Assembly: GCA_050014195.1 (NCBI GenBank) | Contig: JBEKDT010000003.1 | Location: 206,204-270,203, forward strand | Direction of reading: 5' to 3' | From: Desulfomonilia bacterium | GTDB taxonomy: Bacteria; Desulfobacterota; Desulfomonilia; UBA1062 | Length of the DNA stretch: 64,000 nucleotides | Part shown: positions 19,090-29,042 of the stretch, piece by piece | Numbering within the stretch: the first letter of the stretch is position 1 | Layout: every line of letters begins with the position of its first letter | Notes under the pieces: generated by a model | What the model was told of the DNA's origin: nothing | Database searches by the model: none | Seen by the model: only the letters and a program-made list of their open reading frames with translations | Program-made: the position numbers and the translations under genes

Positions 19090-20362
19090 TAAGGTCCTGC
19101 CTCACCTGCCGCAGCAGACATATCTTGTGGGCGGGTGCGTGCGAGACCTGATCCTTGGAAACGACCCTTCTGACTTTGACCTTGTCACATTCGGCCCTCC
19201 CATGGACCTCGCCCTCCAGATCGGTGCGGTAGTAGGAGGCAAGGCCTTTTTCATCGACTCTGAACGCCAGGTGGCCAGAGTTGCTCTTAACCATGGGAAG
19301 CTGACCATCGATGTGTCTCCTCCCAGGGGAGCAGACATCGAATCAGATTTAGCTCAGAGGGATATCACCATAAATGCAATGGCCATAAACCCCGCAGACG
19401 GTACGCTTATCGACCTGCATGGCGGCAGGCAGGATCTGAAAGAAGGACGAATCCGGCTCATTGCGGAGAAGAACCTGACAGACGACCCTTTACGGGGCTT
19501 ACGCTGCCTGAGATTCTCAGTACAGCTCCGGTTCTCTATCGATTCAGGCACCATGGAACTCATTCGGAAGAATTCCCTTGCCCTTGAAAGGGTGTCCCCC
19601 GAACGGATCAAACAAGAATTTCTCAAGGCATTGGGTTGCCCCGAAGGCTCTATGTTTTTTAGTCTCCTGGCTGATGCACGCTACATCCCGATTCTCTTCG
19701 GAATGTCCATCGATAAAGATCGGCTTAAGACCGCCCTGGAATTCGCTTCAGAGATGGATCGATTATTCCATGATGTACGAACATACCTCCCCGGTACAGA
19801 GGACCATTTTGAGCATGAACTGGAACATGGTTTGACAAGGGAAGCAGCTTTGCGGTTAACAGCGTTTTTTGCAGGGATGCCCGGTTCAATGCTGCCTGGA
19901 GATGAGCCTGACCGTGTCTACTCATGGTGCAAGAGGCTCGCCTTTTCCTCTAAGGCATGCCACGTCATTGCCAAGGCCGTCTCAGGCTTAAGGATCGTGC
20001 TCAGCCAGGCCGAAAAACCTGTTCTTACAGGCAGTGAAGTGCACCGGCTTTTCTCTTCCCATGAGGAATGTATCCCTGAGATGCTCTTGCTTGCCATTGT
20101 TGCACACAGTCGGGAATCAAGAGAACAAGAGGATTCCTTCACGGTACGCGTCAGAGCACTCTGGGAATATTTCTTGACCGTTTTTACGGTCCATTCGCAG
20201 CGTCCGCTGCTCACCGGCGATGACATCATGGAAGCCTTTTGTATGCCATGCGGGCCTAAAATCGGGGTGCTGCTTCGACAGGTTGAAGAGGCGCGTGCTG
20301 ATGGTTTGATCTCGAATACCCAGCAGGCCCTTGAGTATCTCCGCAAGAATATCTCGGAATAA
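19046..20362 (+). CDS. Class II tRNA nucleotidyltransferase / poly(A) polymerase family
   Basis: LVGGCVRD, DFD, RDITINA, DDPLRGLR, SPERI; start uncertain (overlaps hisD end). Confidence 0.85.
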   Translation: MHDQSNAVWANKILDKVLPHLPQQTYLVGGCVRDLILGNDPSDFDLVTFGPPMDLALQIGAVVGGKAFFIDSERQVARVALNHGKLTIDVSPPRGADIESDLAQRDITINAMAINPADGTLIDLHGGRQDLKEGRIRLIAEKNLTDDPLRGLRCLRFSVQLRFSIDSGTMELIRKNSLALERVSPERIKQEFLKALGCPEGSMFFSLLADARYIPILFGMSIDKDRLKTALEFASEMDRLFHDVRTYLPGTEDHFEHELEHGLTREAALRLTAFFAGMPGSMLPGDEPDRVYSWCKRLAFSSKACHVIAKAVSGLRIVLSQAEKPVLTGSEVHRLFSSHEECIPEMLLLAIVAHSRESREQEDSFTVRVRALWEYFLTVFTVHSQRPLLTGDDIMEAFCMPCGPKIGVLLRQVEEARADGLISNTQQALEYLRKNISE

Positions 20363-20466
20363 CCCTTCTTGAAAGCAAGGGTAATCTCGTTGACTGCACA
20401 CATTATGAGACGGCATTGGCGGATTGTCGTTTTACATTCAAGCCAATATTTGGTATAGTTTCCTTC

Positions 20467-21066
20467 ATGAAGGTCGAATCGTGGATGGTCAAGGATGTCG
20501 TCACCATTACGAGCAATTCCGCCATCAAGGATGCGCTCATGGTGATGAAGAAGCATTCCGTGCGGCACCTGCCCGTGGTGGATCAGGGCTCTTTTGTGGG
20601 GTTAGTGGCGCTGGGGGATCTCAAACAGGCTATTATCGCCTCCATGATAGAGCAGCTCAAGGTCAGCGATGTGATGATCCGCGAGCCATACACCATCACA
20701 CGGGAGACCACACTTGAGAAGGCTGCCCAGATCATCTATGAGAAACGCATCGGGTGCCTGCCGGTCGTGGAAGACGACAAGATCGTGGGCATCCTCACGG
20801 TCAATGACATCCTGAAGGCCTTTATCGACATCATGGGGGTACTCAAAGGCGGCTCTCGAGTCGACGTCATCCTGAAGAACGTTCACGGGTCCTTTGACGA
20901 GGTGGTGTCCATCATCGAGTCCAAAGGCGGCTACATCATCAGCGTCGGCATGACTTTAAACGGCGAGGACAACACTCACCATTTCCGTATATCCGGAGGC
21001 GATGCCCCCGATATAGCCCGGGAGCTGACAAGCATGGGCTACCGCGGCGTCAAGGTTATTGACTGA
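20467..21066 (+). CDS. CBS-pair plus C-terminal ACT-like domain protein (AcuB-like)
   Basis: VRHLPVV and IGCLPVV CBS repeats; C-terminal beta-alpha-beta region. Confidence 0.85.
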   Translation: MKVESWMVKDVVTITSNSAIKDALMVMKKHSVRHLPVVDQGSFVGLVALGDLKQAIIASMIEQLKVSDVMIREPYTITRETTLEKAAQIIYEKRIGCLPVVEDDKIVGILTVNDILKAFIDIMGVLKGGSRVDVILKNVHGSFDEVVSIIESKGGYIISVGMTLNGEDNTHHFRISGGDAPDIARELTSMGYRGVKVID

Positions 21067-21347
21067 TTCTTCAGGGAGTGTTCTATCTCCTCGATGCGCA
21101 AGCCCTCGACGGCAACCAGCTTGTTCCTGCTTTTCCCCCCCCTGATGATGGATATTTTTGATTTAGAAATTCCGAGGCGTTTGGAGAGGAATTTGATGAG
21201 GGCATCGTTGGCCTTGCCCTCCACGGCAGGTGCATTCAGACGGATCACCACGGCATCATTCTTTATCTCTCCGGTACCTTCCCTGGCGGAGTTCGGTTGA
21301 ACCCTGCACGAAATGATTGCAGAGCCCCCTTTTTGGCTAACCCACAT
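21039..21347 (-). CDS. DUF167/YggU family protein
   Basis: RVQPNS, APAVEGKANDAL, GGKSRNK. Confidence 0.9.
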   Translation of the reverse strand: MWVSQKGGSAIISCRVQPNSAREGTGEIKNDAVVIRLNAPAVEGKANDALIKFLSKRLGISKSKISIIRGGKSRNKLVAVEGLRIEEIEHSLKNQSITLTPR

Positions 21348-21855
21348 TCCCCTGGTCTCTCATCCAGGACTGGTATGATTCCAGAACGGACTTGAGCTCG
21401 TTGAGGAGCGAGTCCTTTTTGGTTTTCAGGTCCGTAAGACTCCGCTCGATCTCGTTCTTTGACCGCTCTGCATCCCTAAGAATTTCACGGGCTTTCAAGG
21501 CCGCCTGTGTATACAGTTCCTGGGCCTTCTGCTCCGCCTCCACCAGTTTCTGATTGGCAGAGAGCTGAATCTCGGAGGCCTTTTTATCGGCTGTGGAGAG
21601 AATGCTGCGCGCATCGACATCGGCCCGCTTCATCTTTTCATCAGAGAACTGCTTGACCGACAGGAAGAGATCTTCCAGATCTTTCTGTCTACGCTGGACA
21701 GCCTCCATCTCGCTCTTAAGCATGGTGTTCTCCTCGATGAGCAGCTCCATGTCCTCGGCAATGTCCAGGAGGAAGGCAATCACCTCGTTCTTGTCAAATC
21801 CGGACAGCTTTACCTTGAAGCGTTGTTCCCGGATCATCTCCGGCGACAGTTTCAT
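21337..21855 (-). CDS. DivIVA-domain coiled-coil protein
   Basis: LSPEMIREQRFKVKLSGFDKNEVIAFL N-terminal DivIVA pattern, then coiled coil; yggT-divIVA-DUF167 order. Confidence 0.85.
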   Translation of the reverse strand: MKLSPEMIREQRFKVKLSGFDKNEVIAFLLDIAEDMELLIEENTMLKSEMEAVQRRQKDLEDLFLSVKQFSDEKMKRADVDARSILSTADKKASEIQLSANQKLVEAEQKAQELYTQAALKAREILRDAERSKNEIERSLTDLKTKKDSLLNELKSVLESYQSWMRDQGNVG

Positions 21856-22164
21856 TTAAAGCCCCCCTTTCAGCCTCATGCCGGTCTCGACGATGGTGCC
21901 GGCAACGGCATAGTCAAGGAACACAATTGCTGCGATTATGATAATTGGCGAGAGGTCAATCCCGCCGATTACCAAGGGGAGTCGCCTTCGCAGCCAAGAG
22001 AAGAGCGGATAGGTTGCACCCTGAAGGAAACGCACGATGGGATTATAGGGATCAGGGTTCACCCAGGAGATGAGTGCTCCGATGATGACGATCCACATGT
22101 AGGCGTTTAGGAGGATATGCAATACCTTGCCGAATCCGATGAGTATGTTGCCGAGGATATACAT
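21856..22164 (-). CDS. yggT: YggT/YlmG membrane protein
   Basis: SWVNPDPYNPIV, GGIDLSP; AGGAGG RBS. Confidence 0.92.
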   Translation of the reverse strand: MYILGNILIGFGKVLHILLNAYMWIVIIGALISWVNPDPYNPIVRFLQGATYPLFSWLRRRLPLVIGGIDLSPIIIIAAIVFLDYAVAGTIVETGMRLKGGL

Positions 22165-22311
22165 GACACCTCCCCTCCTCAGGTTATACACCTTCCTATT
22201 TGCCGGTTTCATCAAGAGAATGCAAGGGATTTTCCTGTATTTCATCCCTCTTATCACCCGAAGTCATACGGGTGCTTGCAGCGGACATCAAGCTCTGCTA
22301 AAGCGTGAGGT

Positions 22312-25300
22312 GTGAAGTTGTCCAGGGTTGAAATTAAGGGGTTCAAGTCCATTGCAAAAAAGACCGCTCTCGCCGTGGCGGGCGGGGTGACCTGCATTGC
22401 AGGTCCCAACGGGTGCGGCAAGAGCAACATCATTGATGCCGTCAGGTGGGCACTTGGTGAGCAGTCGCCCAAGTCCCTAAGGGCTACTGCCATGAATGAG
22501 GTGATCTTCTCCGGGACCCAGGAGGTAGGCCCCAGCTCCATGGCCAGCGTTACATTAGAGTTCATCAAGGATGGAGGCCATTTCCCCAAAACCCTGGAGG
22601 GGTTCGACCAGGTCTCCATCACCAGGCGGCTTTTCCGATCAGGCGAGAGCGAATACCTCATCAACAACGTCAAGTGCCGGCTTAAGGATATAACGGATCT
22701 ATTCTTAGACACGGGCCTGCACAGGAACGGCTATGCCATCATCGAGCAAGGCAAGGTCAAGGATATCATCCAATCAAGGCCCGAGGAGATCCGTTACCTT
22801 ATAGAAGAGGCAGCCGAGGTGGGCAAGTTCCGAGTAAAGCGTACCGAGGCCTTGAGAAGGCTTGAGGCCACATCCAGGAACCTTGAGCGAATCAATGATT
22901 TTCTGGGTGAGGTGACAAGGCAGAGAAACGACCTGAGATCCCAGGCGAACAAGGCCAGGAAATATCAGGAACTGCGCAAAGAAGTTAATGAGATCTCCAG
23001 GATTCTTTCTACATGCGAACTCAAGGAGATTGCCACGGTCAAAGGGGCCCAAGATGCTGAGCTTAAGGACGTGGAGGCTGGTTTGGACCATGCTGAGACC
23101 CAGCGGGCCGGTCTGGTGGAGAAGATGGGTGCGTATGAAACCGAATGTACCCGGATGAAAACCGAAATGGAATCTCTGTCTTCACGTTTAATCGCTGCCG
23201 AGTCCAAGCAGTTACTCACAAAGCAGGAGATAGAGGCATCCGAGGCGCGGCTTAAAGACATCAGCTCTACCATGTGCATGCTTACCCAAAACATGGAGGA
23301 CAGCCGCAAGTCTATTGAGGAGGAGGAGGGAAAGACTGCAACCCTTAAGCAGGAACAAAAAGACCTCACATCCGAGATAGAAGTTATACAGGCGCACATT
23401 GCACAACTACAGGCAGGGCATGACAATCTTGTGAGGGAATATGATGCGCTTGAGCGGGAATACAACGAAAAGAGGACAGGGCTCTTTGAGACTATTGGAG
23501 ATGTGCGTTCACTTGAGCAGCATATTATTGAGATCCAGGACCGCCACAAGGAGGTGACCTCCACTATTAAAAAGAGGCAGCAGGACCTTTCCGCTTCATC
23601 CGAGTCCGCTGAAACCTTGTCGCGTGAGCTTACAAATATTGAGATGGAGATTTCCCGCAGAAACGATAACATGCCGCCCCTCCGGCATCAGATCGATGAT
23701 AAAACCGGAGAAATTAATGCCGCCAAATCCCGCATTGAGGGTTGTACACAGACTCTGATTGATCTTGAAAAGACTCATGCCGAGATCCTTGCCAAGCTTT
23801 CTGTCCTCGGCAGGATCCTCGATGCGGAATCCTCTCCGGCGAAAGGCCCGGACAAAGGGCACCTAAACGGGGCAAAGAAGGTATCGGATCTTCTCAGCGT
23901 CCAGGCCGGGTTCGAGACCGCGGTCGGCAGATCCATGGGGACTGCGTTGGACTACCTGATCTTCCGTGATCATGAAGAGATCCTTGCACTTAAGGAGTTC
24001 GAAACGAAAAGCCCCGGCTTTGTGATCGAGCGACCCCATATTGATAATCATGTGCAGGGCCCGCCTCCTGGAAGCAGTGGCGTGCTGGGGCACCTTAAGG
24101 ATTTTATCAAGACCCATGACGGCTATGCGGATCTTGTGCATGCACTTTCCCAGAACATGTGGGTGGTCGAAGGGCTTGATACGGCCATCAAATTGTGGAG
24201 GCGGGGACAGCGTTCATGCAGCTTCGTCACCATGGATGGGATGATCCTGGAACCCACAGGTGTCATCAGGACCACACAGGAACACACGAAGTATGCGGAC
24301 GCGCTCAAGGCAAAGGCCGAGATGAAGGAACTGGGTGAACGAAGGCATACCACCCAGGCGGATATGGAGCAGCAGCAGCGGTTGCTCCGGCAGGCTAAAC
24401 AGGAGCTTTTCGATCTTACGGCGGAGCACGATAACGCCTGCGCCGCGTTGAGCTTCCTGGAACGGGAGATAGCGACCTTTGTCGAGAAAAAAGGGCGCAT
24501 CCTGGCCCAGAAGGAGAGGATCCTCGACCAGCAGCGCACATATGAGGCGGAACTCGCCCAGACAAATGATCTTGCAGCCAGGCTTGACACTCAGGCAGCA
24601 TCGTGTGCGCAGCAAAAGGTTACCCTTGAAGGTGAGCGGATGAAGCGGGAGGAAGCCCTCAAGGAGATTGATGAAAGAAAGAATGCATCCAGGCTTGAGC
24701 TTACCACGATGCAGACCGAGATGCAGGTAACCCGGGAGCATCTTAATGATCTGAAGGTCATCTTCGCAGAGAAGGCTGCAGCCATCAAGGCACTTCAAGA
24801 GGCTTTTGATAAGCGAAGACAGGCCATGGTAAAGGACCAGTCCAGGATCGATGAGCTTATGGAAACCAGGGTTTCCGTGGAGCAGGTTATGCTCGCAGCC
24901 GTGCAAGAGATGGAAGCGGCACAAACATCTATCGAAAGCCTCAAGATCTCATATGCAGCCCTCATGCCCGAATATGAAAAGACGCTGGGTCTGTTAAGGG
25001 CTTCACAGGAAGAGGACAGGATACTGCGCAATACCATTGATGAGATGGAGAAAATGCGTTCCGCAGTCCTCTTGAAGAGGAAAGAATTCGAGATCGCCTA
25101 TGCCATGAACCTCGAACGGATGGAAGGGAGATTCGGCCAAGGCATCCCCGAGATCCCGGATGTCTTTGATGCAGGGCAGGCTCGGCAAAGGGTCGGCGAG
25201 CTTGAGGAGCGGATAGAAAAGATGGGGCAGATCAATTTTGCCTCGCTGGAAGCCTTCGAGCAGGCGCAGAAACGATGGGAAGATCTCCACCGGCAGTATG

Positions 25301-25824
25301 AGGACATCATTCATGCAAGCACCAGGCTGAAAGAGGTGATCTCGAGTATCGAACGCCAGAGCATCAAGGCATTCACTGCAACCTTTGTTAAGGTGAAGGA
25401 GAACTTCCAGGAGATCTTCATTGCCATGTTCGGCGGAGGAAAGGCGGACCTTGTCCTGGCCGAGGGAGACGAGATAGAGGCCGGCATCGAAATCTTTGCA
25501 TCTCCACCCTTCAAGAGACTTAAGGCCATGAGCCTCCTGTCGGAAGGAGAAAAGACCCTATGCGCCATAAGCTTCATATTTGCCCTATTCAAGGTCAACC
25601 CATCGCCTTTCTGCATCCTGGATGAAGTGGACGCACCTCTTGACGATGCCAATGTTATCCGGCTCAATCGTCTCATAAGGTCTTTCTCAGACGATTCCCA
25701 ATTCCTTATTGTCACCCATAACAGGCACACCATGGAAACGGCTGATATCCTCTATGGCGTCACCTTTGATGTACCGGGGATCAGCAAGGTAGTCTCCATG
25801 GTCCTGGAGGAATTACAGGGATAA
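22312..25824 (+). CDS. smc: Chromosome segregation SMC ATPase with divergent motifs
   Basis: GPNGCGKSN Walker A, IIEQG Q-loop, long coiled coils, LDEVDAPLD, IVTHN. Confidence 0.93.
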   Translation: MKLSRVEIKGFKSIAKKTALAVAGGVTCIAGPNGCGKSNIIDAVRWALGEQSPKSLRATAMNEVIFSGTQEVGPSSMASVTLEFIKDGGHFPKTLEGFDQVSITRRLFRSGESEYLINNVKCRLKDITDLFLDTGLHRNGYAIIEQGKVKDIIQSRPEEIRYLIEEAAEVGKFRVKRTEALRRLEATSRNLERINDFLGEVTRQRNDLRSQANKARKYQELRKEVNEISRILSTCELKEIATVKGAQDAELKDVEAGLDHAETQRAGLVEKMGAYETECTRMKTEMESLSSRLIAAESKQLLTKQEIEASEARLKDISSTMCMLTQNMEDSRKSIEEEEGKTATLKQEQKDLTSEIEVIQAHIAQLQAGHDNLVREYDALEREYNEKRTGLFETIGDVRSLEQHIIEIQDRHKEVTSTIKKRQQDLSASSESAETLSRELTNIEMEISRRNDNMPPLRHQIDDKTGEINAAKSRIEGCTQTLIDLEKTHAEILAKLSVLGRILDAESSPAKGPDKGHLNGAKKVSDLLSVQAGFETAVGRSMGTALDYLIFRDHEEILALKEFETKSPGFVIERPHIDNHVQGPPPGSSGVLGHLKDFIKTHDGYADLVHALSQNMWVVEGLDTAIKLWRRGQRSCSFVTMDGMILEPTGVIRTTQEHTKYADALKAKAEMKELGERRHTTQADMEQQQRLLRQAKQELFDLTAEHDNACAALSFLEREIATFVEKKGRILAQKERILDQQRTYEAELAQTNDLAARLDTQAASCAQQKVTLEGERMKREEALKEIDERKNASRLELTTMQTEMQVTREHLNDLKVIFAEKAAAIKALQEAFDKRRQAMVKDQSRIDELMETRVSVEQVMLAAVQEMEAAQTSIESLKISYAALMPEYEKTLGLLRASQEEDRILRNTIDEMEKMRSAVLLKRKEFEIAYAMNLERMEGRFGQGIPEIPDVFDAGQARQRVGELEERIEKMGQINFASLEAFEQAQKRWEDLHRQYEDIIHASTRLKEVISSIERQSIKAFTATFVKVKENFQEIFIAMFGGGKADLVLAEGDEIEAGIEIFASPPFKRLKAMSLLSEGEKTLCAISFIFALFKVNPSPFCILDEVDAPLDDANVIRLNRLIRSFSDDSQFLIVTHNRHTMETADILYGVTFDVPGISKVVSMVLEELQG

Positions 25825-25946
25825 AACAATTCTTCATAAAGGGAAAATATTTACCGTTTTCTCTTTTTCTTTCCCGAAAAAACAGCTTACTAGAGAGGTT
25901 TGATCCGTGCACATATATTGCAAGGAAATAACAAGAGGTATGATTC

Positions 25947-26927
25947 ATGACGCGGGTTATCGCAGTTACATCCGGTAAGGGAGGAATCGGCAAGAGCAAC
26001 TTCGTGCTCAATGTAGGCATAGGGCTTGCTGCAATGGATTCGAATGTGTTGATCCTGGATGCCGATCTTGGGCTGGCGAATCTCGATGTCCTCTTAGGCG
26101 TAAGGCCTAAGAGGACACTTGAGGATGTGGTGCTGGGAAGGTCAAGCCTGAATGATATCATTATCAAGACCGATTACCGCGTCCGTCTGATACCCGGGGC
26201 CTCAGGCATACCGGACTTGGCTGATCTCGGCAAGGAAAAGATCGGTACACTCCTTGAGGCTGTCAGGGAAATATCCCAGGACACCGACTTCCTCCTTGTT
26301 GACACCTCATCGGGTATATCAAGCGGGGTTATATCGTTCCTTATGGCTGTTCCCGAGGTTGTCGTCGGGGTGAGCGATGAGCCCACAAGCCTAACTGACG
26401 CCTATGCACTTATAAAGGTGCTCAAACGTAACGGGTACGATGGCAGGATCTCGATGTTTGCAAGTCAGGTCAAGAACAGTACAGCAGGGCATGCCCTCTA
26501 CAAGAAGATATCGTCCGCGACCCAGAGATTCCTCGACATCCAGGTGGAGTTTTTGGGAAGTATCTATTCCGACGAAAAGCTCGTAAGGGCGGTAACCGAT
26601 CAGGTCCCTGCCATCGTGAGGTTCCCCACCTCCGACATCGCACGCTGCTACCGGGTCATCGCCCTGACCATGCTCGGACAGAAGGGTGTAAGTGTAGACG
26701 TTGAAAGGCTCTGGTCCCGTCTCATCAACATGATCATTAAAGGGGCAAAACCCAAGGTGGTAAGGGCGGTATCTTTCAACGGAGAAGTCCCGGGCAAGGC
26801 ACTTGAGAAGACCTTCGAAGATATCCTGGATGAGCAGCGCAAAACCCGCCTCCTTCTGGAGCGCTTACTTACGAGGCTTGAGCAGGGAGCTACCAATACC
26901 AGAAGCCACAAGGGATATTCTGCGTGA
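25947..26927 (+). CDS. MinD/FlhG(FleN)-like ATPase with C-terminal extension
   Basis: SGKGGIGKS, DADLGLAN, EPTSLTDAYALIK. Confidence 0.88.
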   Translation: MTRVIAVTSGKGGIGKSNFVLNVGIGLAAMDSNVLILDADLGLANLDVLLGVRPKRTLEDVVLGRSSLNDIIIKTDYRVRLIPGASGIPDLADLGKEKIGTLLEAVREISQDTDFLLVDTSSGISSGVISFLMAVPEVVVGVSDEPTSLTDAYALIKVLKRNGYDGRISMFASQVKNSTAGHALYKKISSATQRFLDIQVEFLGSIYSDEKLVRAVTDQVPAIVRFPTSDIARCYRVIALTMLGQKGVSVDVERLWSRLINMIIKGAKPKVVRAVSFNGEVPGKALEKTFEDILDEQRKTRLLLERLLTRLEQGATNTRSHKGYSA

Positions 26928-27409
26928 TAGCTGCCTTTGAAACAGCCCGTGGACCTTTGTGGATATCGGGCAGCACCGACACGGTAGACGGCATTTCCTG
27001 GGATCCCTTAGACGGCATGAAACATCATGGCGAATTGGATTGGATGCTTAATGCCCTCGACTCATATTTTCTGGGAAAACTCAGCAGATTCCCGGGCGGC
27101 CTTCTGTTCATGGGAATAGGCACCCTGTGGGTTCGAACCCCTCAAATTTCACGACCTTTTGTGAGCTCCCAGCAGATACTCTCGGCTATTGAACAGATAC
27201 CCTACGGCACAACCAAGACCTACTCCGATGTGGCATCGACCGTTGGAAAGCCCGGAGCTGCACGTGCCGTAGGTGCTGTGTGCAGATCGAATCCCATACC
27301 TATCCTCATCCCTTGCCACCGTGTGGTAGGACAGCGCTCTCTTGGTGGATACACCCCAGGAATTCATCTGAAAGAGTTCCTGTTAAAGCATGAGGGAAGT
27401 CTCGAATAG
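26924..27409 (+). CDS. ogt: Methylated-DNA-protein-cysteine methyltransferase
   Basis: IPYGTTKTY, ARAVG, NP...IPCHRV. Confidence 0.9.
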   Translation: MIAAFETARGPLWISGSTDTVDGISWDPLDGMKHHGELDWMLNALDSYFLGKLSRFPGGLLFMGIGTLWVRTPQISRPFVSSQQILSAIEQIPYGTTKTYSDVASTVGKPGAARAVGAVCRSNPIPILIPCHRVVGQRSLGGYTPGIHLKEFLLKHEGSLE

Positions 27410-27534
27410 ACTTCAGCATGATACGGAAAGATAAGACCGAGCGAAACCGGGGAATCCATTTGACAAAAAAGAGAGGCATGGCATAGGGAGATCATGTGCT
27501 CAAGATATATGCTGATGCCCTCGAGGTGATCTAG

Positions 27535-28533
27535 GTGAGGCCTCTTGTAGACTTGCACGAAAGGCGAATCAGGTATGTAAGGGTCTCTGTCACCGACCGG
27601 TGCAATCTGAGGTGCAGGTACTGCATGCCTGAGGGTGGTATAGAGTGGGTCCCCCATGAGCAGATCATGACCTATGAAGATCTTTATCGCATCCTGAAGA
27701 TATGCATCGGCAGGGGTGTTGAGAAGGTCAGGATAACAGGCGGGGAACCCCTGGTCCGCAAGGGCATAATCGATTTCATCGAGAAGGTGAGTACGATATC
27801 CGGCCTTGCAGATCTATCCCTCACTACCAATGGTATCCTCCTGGAGGATATGGCACACAAGTTGAAACAGGCAGGTCTGAAGAGGATTAATGTGAGCCTC
27901 GACACCCTTGATAAGAAAAAGTTTGCCTATATTACCAGGATCGATGCCTTTGACGAAGTCATCAAGGGTATCAGCCGCGCCCTTACGTATGATCTGAGCC
28001 CGGTCAAGATCAATGTGGTGGCGATCCGCGGTTTCAATAACGACGAGATCCCCGAGTTCGCCGGACTCACCCGGGCGCTCCCCGTAGAGGTACGCTTCAT
28101 AGAGCTCATGCCCATCGGATGCATTACCAAATACCCTGGGCATGAGGGCATCAGCGCCTCGGAAATCAAGGATTCCATAGAAAATGTTTATGGGCCTATG
28201 GAAAAACTCAAGGGGGGGCTTGGCCCTGCCAGGATCTATCAAATACCAGGCGCTCAAGGGAGGATAGGCCTTATCGGGTCTTTGAGCGAACGCGATTTCT
28301 GTGGGGCATGCAATCGAATACGAATAACTGCCAGGGGGTACCTGAGACCGTGCCTTTTTTCCGAGGACCTGATCGATCTGCTTACACCCATGAAGGGCGG
28401 AATATCAGATGAAGGACTGGAAGGGCTTATCGAAGAGGGCGTCAGGAGAAAGCCTCCCTCCCACGGCATCTGCAGGGGTATGGAACTGGTCCACGAAGGT
28501 CCAAGGACAAAGATGTCTGATATCGGAGGATAA
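27535..28533 (+). CDS. moaA: GTP 3',8-cyclase
   Basis: CNLRCRYC, CGACNR...RPCL second cluster, C-terminal IGG. Confidence 0.97.
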   Translation: MRPLVDLHERRIRYVRVSVTDRCNLRCRYCMPEGGIEWVPHEQIMTYEDLYRILKICIGRGVEKVRITGGEPLVRKGIIDFIEKVSTISGLADLSLTTNGILLEDMAHKLKQAGLKRINVSLDTLDKKKFAYITRIDAFDEVIKGISRALTYDLSPVKINVVAIRGFNNDEIPEFAGLTRALPVEVRFIELMPIGCITKYPGHEGISASEIKDSIENVYGPMEKLKGGLGPARIYQIPGAQGRIGLIGSLSERDFCGACNRIRITARGYLRPCLFSEDLIDLLTPMKGGISDEGLEGLIEEGVRRKPPSHGICRGMELVHEGPRTKMSDIGG

Positions 28534-28538
28534 AGAGA

Positions 28539-28895
28539 TTAGGGTTGTAAATGGGCCTGCACAACTTCCAGGAGTTTATTGAAGGAGACGAGGTCTTTCT
28601 TGAAGAGGACCTTGTTGGTGTTCAGAAAAGACAGCCCTGAAAATTTTTCCTTTTTGGTCTCTTCAGAAGCCCATACTACTTTGCAATAAAGCGATATCTC
28701 TCCGACGTCATGGAGATCGTCTATGGCCAGCCTCACCACCGATCCCACCGGGATATGTACCCCTGAGATGCATACACCCTCTGCACTCGCATTCACTACA
28801 GTGATGGGCTTCACGTTCTCGCTGATATCCACGGAGCCCTTCACCTCGGGAAAGGGTATTCTTTCGTATATTCTCTTTTCCTTTTTGGTGGGCAT
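28539..28895 (-). CDS. Stand-alone PilZ-domain protein
   Basis: RIYER (RxxxR) and NASAEG (NxSxxG). Confidence 0.8.
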   Translation of the reverse strand: MPTKKEKRIYERIPFPEVKGSVDISENVKPITVVNASAEGVCISGVHIPVGSVVRLAIDDLHDVGEISLYCKVVWASEETKKEKFSGLSFLNTNKVLFKKDLVSFNKLLEVVQAHLQP

Positions 28896-29042
28896 GGTTG
28901 CAAAAAAATACATCGTAGATGTATGTATGTCAAGACCGTATACTTGGTCTCGATTACAATTGCGAAAAGAGGTAAACTATCCGCCATTGGAATAACTCAA
29001 AGGCTTTACAAAAGGCATATGCGTTTTATGAACGGAGGGGCT

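Noticed and set aside
21039-21066. 28-nt convergent overlap of the CBS and DUF167 genes
   Set aside because: Short tail-to-tail overlaps are common; no sign of function.
22209-22300. SAM-I riboswitch-like start (TCATCAAGAGAATGCAAGGGA)
   Set aside because: Lacks the GCAACC core and closing P1 strand; lies before smc, not a sulfur or methionine gene.
27126-27143. tRNA T-arm-like GTGGGTTCGAACCCC
   Set aside because: Inside the ogt ORF; no acceptor, D or anticodon arms.
27410-27534. Possible Moco riboswitch before moaA
   Set aside because: No recognisable conserved stems by eye; an Infernal search would be needed.
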